DNA of 64,000 nucleotides from Myxococcota bacterium (lineage in GTDB: Bacteria > Myxococcota_A > UBA9160 > UBA6930), in assembly GCA_965223415.1 (NCBI GenBank), contig OZ245002.1:2304001-2368000 (forward strand), read 5' to 3'. Each line of letters begins with the position of its first letter. Position 1 is the first letter of the stretch. The notes below the pieces were generated by a model. The model saw only the letters and a list, made by a program, of their open reading frames with translations, had not been told where the DNA came from and did not search any database. Position numbers and translations under genes: made by a program. Positions 57,475 through 64,000 of this stretch are shown here, in pieces.

Positions 57475-59187
57475 ATGGCGTATCGCGAGGTCGGCATGTG
57501 GGAGATTCTGGAGGTGCTCCGCCGGGCGCACCGAGGCGAGAGCCAGGTGGCGATGGCGCGGGCCACGGGGCACACGCGCAAGACGATCCGGCGCTACGTG
57601 CAAGTCGCCGGGGAGCTGGGCTGGGTCGCCAGGGGGCCGAGGGAGCCGGATGAGGCCCTGGCCCAAGGGGTGGCGGCTCGGGTGCGGCCTGTGCCCACGC
57701 AGCGCGACGCGGGAGAGAGCGAGGCGCAGCTGGCGCCGCATGCCGACCGGATCCGAGCGTGGCTCCAGCCCGAGGCGGGTGGCCGAGGACTGCGGCTGAC
57801 GAAGGTCTACGACCTGCTCGGGCGCGAGGGCGTGCGCGTCCCCTACAGCTCGCTCCACCGCTTCGCGGTCCGCCACTGCGGGTTCCAAGACCGGCGCCGG
57901 GTGACGGTGCGCATGGCGGCGGTGGCCCCCGGCGAGCTCGCCGAGGTCGACTTCGGCCGCCTCGGCATGGTCTGGGATCCGGAGACCGGGCGCCGCCGCA
58001 CCGTTCATGCCCTGATCGTCACCCTCGTCCATAGCCGCCACCAGTACGTCCACGTGACCTACGGCCAGAAGCTCCCCGATCTGCTCGAGGGGCTCGAGGA
58101 CGCCTGGGCGTTCTTCGGCGGGGTCCCGGTGCGCGTGGTGCTGGACAATCTGAAGGCGGCCGTCACGAAGGCCGACCGCTACGAGCCGATCTTCCAGCGC
58201 ACCTTCGCCGAGTACGCCCACTACCGCGGCTTCGTCATCGATGCCGCCGTGCCTCGGCATCCCAAGGGCAAGCCCCACGTCGAGCGCCAGGTGCAGTACG
58301 TGCGCGAGCGCTTCTTCCGTGGCGAGCAGTGGCTGGGACGCGACCACGTGCAGCGCGAGGCCGCGCGCTGGTGCCTGGAGGTCGCCGGCCAGCGCACTCA
58401 CGGGACGACGCGCAAGAGGCCCCTGGCCGTCTTCGAGAACACGGAGAAGCCGGCTCTGCAGCCCCTCGTGCGCCCGCGCTTCGATCCGCCCACCTGGGCC
58501 GAGGCGAAGGTCCACCCCGACCACCACGTCCAGTTCCAAAAGGCCTTCTACACCGTGCCCACCCGCCACGTGGGCAAGCGCGTCTGGGTTCGCGGCGACT
58601 CGAAGCTCATCCGCATGTACGTCGACGGCGAGTGCATCAAGACCCACGAGCGCGTGGACCCTGGCTGCCGCTCCACCGACTACCACGACTATCCGCCCGA
58701 GCGTGCCCCCTACGCCATGCGGGACCCGGAAGCGGCGATCCGCCAGGCGCGCGACCAGGGGCCTCACATTGGGCGCTTCGCCGAGAAGCTCCTGGCCGGC
58801 CCCTTCCCCTGGTCCAAGCTCCGCCAGGCCCAGAAGCTGCTTCGCCTCGGCCACAAGTACGGCCTGCCGCGCGTCGACGCCGGCTGCCGCAGGGCCCTCG
58901 CCTTCGACCTCATCAACACGAAGCGCCTCGAACGCATCGTGGCCGAAGGCATCCAGCCGCTCGGCGACCCCAGCACCCCCGGACAGCTCCTGCTCCTGCC
59001 GCCCCGTTTCCTGCGCCCGCAAGGGCACTTCACCCACCCCAACGACAACCCCGACAAGGAGACCACCCCCCATGACGACCGAGATCAACCCGTCCCTCAA
59101 GACCCTGCTCAAACGCCTGAAGCTCTCGGGCATGCTGGCCACGCTCCCCGATCGCGTGGCCTACACCCGGAAGACGAAGCTCCCTGA
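57475..59187 (+). CDS. istA: IS21 transposase IstA
   Basis: N-terminal HTH (RKTIRRY) and DDE motifs AEVDFG, VLDNLKAAV and KPHVER. Confidence 0.93.
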   Translation: MAYREVGMWEILEVLRRAHRGESQVAMARATGHTRKTIRRYVQVAGELGWVARGPREPDEALAQGVAARVRPVPTQRDAGESEAQLAPHADRIRAWLQPEAGGRGLRLTKVYDLLGREGVRVPYSSLHRFAVRHCGFQDRRRVTVRMAAVAPGELAEVDFGRLGMVWDPETGRRRTVHALIVTLVHSRHQYVHVTYGQKLPDLLEGLEDAWAFFGGVPVRVVLDNLKAAVTKADRYEPIFQRTFAEYAHYRGFVIDAAVPRHPKGKPHVERQVQYVRERFFRGEQWLGRDHVQREAARWCLEVAGQRTHGTTRKRPLAVFENTEKPALQPLVRPRFDPPTWAEAKVHPDHHVQFQKAFYTVPTRHVGKRVWVRGDSKLIRMYVDGECIKTHERVDPGCRSTDYHDYPPERAPYAMRDPEAAIRQARDQGPHIGRFAEKLLAGPFPWSKLRQAQKLLRLGHKYGLPRVDAGCRRALAFDLINTKRLERIVAEGIQPLGDPSTPGQLLLLPPRFLRPQGHFTHPNDNPDKETTPHDDRDQPVPQDPAQTPEALGHAGHAPRSRGLHPEDEAP

Positions 59188-59878
59188 GCTCGACCTCCTG
59201 GAGCTCGTCCTTCAGGACGAAGTCGATCGCCGCGACCACAAGAACCTCGAGACGCGCCTTTCCCGCGCCGGCTTCGAGGAAGAGCAGACCCTCGAGGCCT
59301 TCGACTGGGATGCCCCCGTCACCTTCGATCGCGATCGCGTGAAGGACCTCTTCTCCCTCGGCTTCCTCGAGCGCCACGAGGACGTCATCCTGCTCGGCCC
59401 CGTGGGCGTGGGCAAGACCTTCCTGGCCTCCGCCCTGGGACACGCCGCCTGCCGGGCCGGGCACCACGTCCTCTTCCTCCGCGTCGACCGCATGTTCCAC
59501 TGGCTCCACCAGTCGCGAGCCGACCTCTCGACCGAGAAGGTCTTCCGACGCCTCCTCGCCCCGGACCTCCTCGTCCTCGACGACTTCGGCCTCCGGCGCC
59601 TCTCCGCCGAGCAGTCGAGCGATCTCTACGAGGTCGTCCTCGAACGCCACCGCCGCGCTTCGACGATCGTCACCAGCAACCGCGCCATCGAGGAATGGAT
59701 CCCCCTCTTCGACGACCCCATCCTGGCCCAGAGCGCCCTCGACCGCCTCGCCCACAACGCCTACCAGCTCGTCATCGAGGGCGAGAGCTACCGCAAGCAA
59801 CAGCGCCCCGGCGAAATGCCGACCCACACCCCCGCCAATCCCCAGCGCCGAAGCCGCCGCCGAACCCGCGTCCGCTGA
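59072..59878 (+). CDS. istB: IS21 helper AAA+ ATPase IstB
   Basis: Walker A GPVGVGKT, Walker B LLVLDDFG, TSNR and LDRLAH. Confidence 0.95.
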   Translation: MTTEINPSLKTLLKRLKLSGMLATLPDRVAYTRKTKLPELDLLELVLQDEVDRRDHKNLETRLSRAGFEEEQTLEAFDWDAPVTFDRDRVKDLFSLGFLERHEDVILLGPVGVGKTFLASALGHAACRAGHHVLFLRVDRMFHWLHQSRADLSTEKVFRRLLAPDLLVLDDFGLRRLSAEQSSDLYEVVLERHRRASTIVTSNRAIEEWIPLFDDPILAQSALDRLAHNAYQLVIEGESYRKQQRPGEMPTHTPANPQRRSRRRTRVR

Positions 59879-60129
59879 CGCCAAACAAGGAGCGTGCTAC
59901 CTCATCCACCGGCCCGGGACCCATGGGTCAACCCCGTGAGAATACCTGGGTCATGCCCGCGGGAATCGACAATTGCTGCTGGTGGGTGACCCGCGGTGGC
60001 GCCTAGACTTGGGCTAGGTCTGAATCATCAGTGAGGTTGTTCAACCGGGTCTCTATGCGCACCAAGAGTATGTCGAGATCTCATGGCCAGAGGGAGGTCC
60101 CGGATGAAGATCGGCTCGAAGGTGATAGT

Positions 60130-60372
60130 CTTGGAACCGCTTCATCGATACTCGAGCCTGATTCAGAACCCGTTCCTCGCGACCGACGCGATCATGGAGA
60201 GCCGGCCGTGGGCTTCGACCTGATCAACTGCCCGCCCATCTTCTTCACGAGTCTGACTCCTGACGATATCGCCGGGCGGGACGCGCTCTATCCGGTCGTG
60301 CCTGAGCCTGGTGTCGCCGTTCTGTTTGCAGCGGCCTTGGCTCTTGGAGCACGCCAGCGGTGGTGGCACTGA
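60130..60372 (+). pseudogene. 3' remnant of a PEP-CTERM protein, probably a matrixin-like metalloprotease
   Basis: LTPDDIAGRDALYP followed by VPEPGVAVLFAAALALGARQRWWH. A DAIM Met-turn-like motif sits just upstream in another frame. No signal peptide or HExxH is visible. Confidence 0.6.
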
Positions 60373-61265
60373 TCGTTGTTGGCACGCGGGCGCAGGGTCT
60401 TCATGCGATTGCCCTTGTTCTCGCGTTGTTTCATCCGACAGCCGCTTGGACGGACTCGCTGACACCGGCGAGCCTGTCGGACCGGCGTGATCTGACCTGG
60501 AGCTGGTCGAGCGAGTGGTACTGGCGACTCCTCCCCTCTCCTGACGCAGAGCCTGGCTATACGCTGCTCGAGGGCTCGGACTTCCGCGTGCGGGCGATCC
60601 ACGTCGGTCACGGAGACGCGGTGATCATCTGGCTACCTCACCTGGAAGGCACCAGCCGGGCTTCTGAGCTTGCGGCACGGTTTCTTGGAGCCACGGGACT
60701 CGGGGTGGTGGCAGTGCTTCCCCCCTCCAGAGCGCTGCGACTCGAGGCTGGTCCGGGCGCTTGGATCGACCTCCTGGAGCATCGCGTGCGATCGGGCCGA
60801 GCGGCCGTTCGGGAGTTCGGCTCTGACGGGCAGTGCGTGGTCCTGGCCGGGATCAGCCTGGGTGCCCTCGTGGCTGGCGCTGTCGCGGCGCGGGAGCCCG
60901 TAGCGGGATTGGCCCTCCTCTTGGCGGGGGGCGAGCTCACCGAACTGGCCGGCCAGCTGCCGGAGGTCGATGAGCGCTATCCGGGCTTGTCCGTGGAGCA
61001 GCTCACTCCGCGCGATCGTGAGCGGATCGATGCCTTGGAGCCGCTTCGGGTGGCCCCAGCCCTTCGCCCCGAGGAGATCCTGTTCCTCGATGCCTGGTTC
61101 GACGGCGTCGTGCCTCGCGAGTCGAGTGAGCTCCTGTGGCAGCACCTCGGTCGGCCGCAGCGGGTCACGTATCCCGTCGGCCACTTCTCCTTTGCCCTCG
61201 CACTGCCCTGGGCCCTCGAGGCAGTTGCTGACCACGCGGAGAAGGTCTGTGCCGCGCGTGAGTGA
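60360..61265 (+). CDS. Alpha/beta hydrolase-fold protein, possibly exported (start uncertain)
   Basis: Nucleophile elbow GISLG, FDGVVP (Asp) and VGHFS (His). Confidence 0.72.
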   Translation: MVALIVVGTRAQGLHAIALVLALFHPTAAWTDSLTPASLSDRRDLTWSWSSEWYWRLLPSPDAEPGYTLLEGSDFRVRAIHVGHGDAVIIWLPHLEGTSRASELAARFLGATGLGVVAVLPPSRALRLEAGPGAWIDLLEHRVRSGRAAVREFGSDGQCVVLAGISLGALVAGAVAAREPVAGLALLLAGGELTELAGQLPEVDERYPGLSVEQLTPRDRERIDALEPLRVAPALRPEEILFLDAWFDGVVPRESSELLWQHLGRPQRVTYPVGHFSFALALPWALEAVADHAEKVCAARE

Positions 61266-61875
61266 TCTCCGAAACCTCCTTCCGACCCGTCGCGAGTCGA
61301 GGCTTGCCGCCTTCCTTCTGGTCATGGCGTTGTCGCTCGTTGCCAGTGAGGCGACAGGCTGGCCGCGCCTTGGGCCGTGGCTCGACGGGCGGATGGTCTT
61401 TGGTCTCTGGCTCCCACTGCTTGCCGGCGGTCTTCTCACCGAGCGGGAGCATCGACTCGGCCTCGGATTCGGCGATCGGCGGAGAGGACTCGCCGTCCTG
61501 GGCGTCGGCGTGCCTCTTGCCGGGATCTCCGCCGTCGTGCTCGGATTCGATGCCGAGATCGATCGCTACTACCGGCCCTCTGGCTCCCCGGCTCCCGAGC
61601 TCGTCCTACGGTTCTTGCCGGCGGTGCTGCAGGTCGAGGTCTGCTTCCGCGGAGTCCTGCTCTTCGGCCTGCTGCCCCGTCTCGGTCCCTGGCCCGCCGC
61701 GGCGGTGGCCGCCATTCCGTACGGTCTGGTCCACTTGGACAAGCCTCTCGTCGAAGCTCTCGGCTCGGTGCCGGTGGGGTTCGCTCTCGGGCTCGCGGCG
61801 TTGTGGGCGGGCTCGCTGTGGTACGGGTTCGCGGTCCACCTGCTCGGCTCGGTGCTCCTCGTGCGCTTGGGATAG
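61258..61875 (+). CDS. CPBP/Abi (CAAX-type) intramembrane glutamic endopeptidase
   Basis: Motifs VEVCFRG, GLVHLDKPLVEALGS and SLWYGFAVH, with multiple TM segments. Confidence 0.82.
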   Translation: MSDLRNLLPTRRESRLAAFLLVMALSLVASEATGWPRLGPWLDGRMVFGLWLPLLAGGLLTEREHRLGLGFGDRRRGLAVLGVGVPLAGISAVVLGFDAEIDRYYRPSGSPAPELVLRFLPAVLQVEVCFRGVLLFGLLPRLGPWPAAAVAAIPYGLVHLDKPLVEALGSVPVGFALGLAALWAGSLWYGFAVHLLGSVLLVRLG

Positions 61876-61918
61876 GTGGGTGGCGCGGGAACGCGGATTG
61901 GCCCATCGAGCGCGCCCT

Positions 61919-63079
61919 CTACGTCATCGGCGGTAGCTCCAGCCCCAGCAGCGCCTTCCCCGTGTTCTCGAGGGCCATCTCCAGGTCGAAGATGACGTGG
62001 CAGGCGATCACGTCGAGGTCGCGGCGGGCGCGCTGGAGGGGATCCGCGAGCTGGTGGGCGCCGGCGCCGCTGGCTTCGCACGCGTCGCCGACGATGTGCT
62101 TGCTCTGGTCGACCACGGTCGCGAGCTGGGCCTGCAGGCGCGCGCGATCCGCCGGCTGGGCGCCGTCGCGCAGGGCGCACAGCTCGCGGACCGTGTCGCG
62201 CAGCAGGAGCTCCGCCTGGTGGGCGGCGATGGAGAGCCGCGCCAGCCGGATCTGGACGGGCGTGCGCTCCGCCTGGCTGGGGCCCATGCCCATGCGCTTG
62301 CGGCCGGGTAGCCGCGCGCCGAACTCGCGCACCACCGCCCGCGCGCGGCCCAGGGCCGGCATCGACGCGGCGGTGGCGAGGAGCGGGATCATGGGCGTGC
62401 GGTAGAGCGGGCCCGCATGGATCTCCGAGCCCGGGGCGCGGCCCCGGCTCATCGCCAGGATCGACACCGAGCGCTCCTCGGGGACGAAACACTCCTCGAT
62501 CACGACGTCGTGGCTTCCCGTTGCGCACATGCCGTCCACGTGCCAGGTGTCCTCGACGCTCACCTCCTCCCTCGGCACCGCGAAGAACCGCGGATCCGGA
62601 AGCCCGTCCTCGCCCTGGAGCAGGCCGCCGGCGATGACCCAGCTCGAATGCCAGACGCCGGTGGCGAAGGGCCAGCGGCCGCTCAGCACCGCGCCACCGC
62701 GGACGGGCCGGGCCCGGCCCGACGGCGCGATCATGCCGGGCGCCAGCACGTAGCTGCGCTCCGCGAAGAGCTCCTTCTGGAAGCGCTCCGGGAACTGGCA
62801 GAACATCCAGTTGTGCTCGATCAGGAAGGACGTCACCCAGCCGAGGGAGGCGTCGCCCTCCGAGAGGGCCAGGACCACTTCGACGAAGGTGTCCATGTCG
62901 AGCTCGAGGCCGCCGTAGCAGCGCGGGACCATCAGCTCGAAGATCTGGGCGCTCTCGATGGCGGCCATCACCTCGTCGGTGGGATGGCGCAGCTCCTCCG
63001 AGGGGCGGGCGTGCTCGGCCAGCAGCGGGGCGAGGGACCGGGCGCGGTCGATCAGCTCATCGCGGGTCGGGGACGGCAT
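61919..63079 (-). CDS. Flavin-dependent monooxygenase, acyl-CoA dehydrogenase type 2 fold (HsaA-like)
   Basis: Motifs VPRCYGGLE, DASLGW, LSGRWPFATG, DTWHVDGMCATGSHD and PLQRARRD. Confidence 0.88.
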   Translation of the reverse strand: MPSPTRDELIDRARSLAPLLAEHARPSEELRHPTDEVMAAIESAQIFELMVPRCYGGLELDMDTFVEVVLALSEGDASLGWVTSFLIEHNWMFCQFPERFQKELFAERSYVLAPGMIAPSGRARPVRGGAVLSGRWPFATGVWHSSWVIAGGLLQGEDGLPDPRFFAVPREEVSVEDTWHVDGMCATGSHDVVIEECFVPEERSVSILAMSRGRAPGSEIHAGPLYRTPMIPLLATAASMPALGRARAVVREFGARLPGRKRMGMGPSQAERTPVQIRLARLSIAAHQAELLLRDTVRELCALRDGAQPADRARLQAQLATVVDQSKHIVGDACEASGAGAHQLADPLQRARRDLDVIACHVIFDLEMALENTGKALLGLELPPMT

Positions 63080-63151
63080 GGGGGCGGATGATATATCGTC
63101 GCCGTTCCGGGCCGAAGGCCCAGCCTGCCCCATCCCGGGACTGGAGGTGTC

Positions 63152-63976
63152 ATGAGTGGTGCGGTTCTCATCACCGGCGGCGCCGGCGGCATGGGCCGCG
63201 CCTGCGCCCGCGCCCTGGCCGGCCGCGGCAGCGAGCTCGTGCTGTGCGACGTCTCGGCCGGCGCCCTCGAGGAGGCGGCTCGCGCGCTGAAGGACGAGGG
63301 CATCGCGGCCACGCCCGTCGTCGCCGACCTGACCGAGCCCGCGGCGGTCGCCGACCTGGTGGAGCGCGCGCGCGCCGCCGGCGGCCTCGCGGCCCTGGCC
63401 CACACCGCTGGCCTCTCGCCGGCCTGCGGCGACGCCCGGCTCATCTTCGAGGTGAACCTGGTGTCGAGCGCGCGGCTCGCCTCCGCGCTGCTCCCGGCGG
63501 TCAGCGCGGGCAGCGTCGCGGTGATGATCTCCTCCCAGGCGGGTCACATGGGCGCGGCCTCGATCACGCCGGAGATCGCTGCGATCCTCGACGATCCGAC
63601 CGCCGACGGCGCGTGGGAGCGGCTCGTCGCCTGCGCCGGCCCACTGGCCGGCCCGGGAGGCGCCTATGCGCTCACCAAGCGCGCGGTGCAGCGACTGGTC
63701 GTCGCGTCGGCGCCGGCCTGGGGTGCGCGCGGCGGGCGGATCGTCTCGCTCTCGCCCGGCGTCGTCGAGACCCAGATGGGCCACGCAGAGCACGCGTCGA
63801 ACCCGGGCGCCGTCGACACCATCCTCGAGAAGACGCCGGTGGGCGGGCGCATGGGCCGCCCGGAGGAGATCGCCTCCGTCGTCGCCTTCCTGTGCTCCGA
63901 GGGCGCCTCCTATGTGAGCGGGGTCGACTGGCTGGTGGACGGCGGCAGCACCCACCAGGTGATGGGCGGCACCTGA
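63152..63976 (+). CDS. SDR family oxidoreductase
   Basis: GGAGG RBS. Motifs TGGAGGMG, HTAGLSP, YALTK, SPGVVET and VDGG. Confidence 0.9.
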   Translation: MSGAVLITGGAGGMGRACARALAGRGSELVLCDVSAGALEEAARALKDEGIAATPVVADLTEPAAVADLVERARAAGGLAALAHTAGLSPACGDARLIFEVNLVSSARLASALLPAVSAGSVAVMISSQAGHMGAASITPEIAAILDDPTADGAWERLVACAGPLAGPGGAYALTKRAVQRLVVASAPAWGARGGRIVSLSPGVVETQMGHAEHASNPGAVDTILEKTPVGGRMGRPEEIASVVAFLCSEGASYVSGVDWLVDGGSTHQVMGGT

Positions 63977-64000
63977 GATGGGTGAGCCCGCCTGCATCCA

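Larger units (their letters stand above)
57311..59971 (+). mobile_element. IS21-family insertion sequence (2661 bp)
   Basis: Left end TGTCATTTCTCACGGGCATGACTCA and right end (reverse complement) TGTCGATTCCCGCGGGCATGACCCA. Three 20-bp subterminal repeats on the left (57316, 57339, 57373) and two on the right (59924, 59947). Carries istA and istB. Confidence 0.95.

Overview
GC-rich (visually about 70%) bacterial window. Two PEP-CTERM tails point to a diderm host, and the gene repertoire suggests a Myxococcota/deltaproteobacterial-type organism (inference). Positions 1-54.5 kb and 61.9-64 kb are a dense lipid/steroid-type catabolic region: paired and single acyl-CoA dehydrogenases, four enoyl-CoA hydratases (one EchA19-like), a MaoC pair, two CaiB/BaiF CoA-transferases, two acyl-CoA ligases, three P450s, three F420-type LLM oxidoreductases, a KshA-like Rieske oxygenase, a ketosteroid-dehydrogenase-like flavoprotein, an HsaA-like monooxygenase, SDRs, amidohydrolases, a sulfatase and a PQQ lipoprotein. 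Positions 54.5-61.9 kb are an accessory island: an IS481 remnant, a secreted protein, an SpvB/RHS gene cut by an IS21 element lacking a target duplication, a matrixin-PEP-CTERM remnant, a hydrolase and a CPBP protease. The non-coding highlights are two families of short AT-rich dispersed repeats (REP/REPIN-like) that supply stop codons, a possible promoter and an in-frame gene-fusion linker; a perfect KstR-type palindrome; a MerR-type 19-bp-spacer promoter driving two uncharacterised Cys-containing membrane genes; a shared operator at two CoA operons; and many apparently leaderless genes. Several 1-bp frameshifts in G/C runs may be assembly errors. No rRNA, tRNA or CRISPR array was seen. All family assignments are from motif recognition by eye, not database searches.
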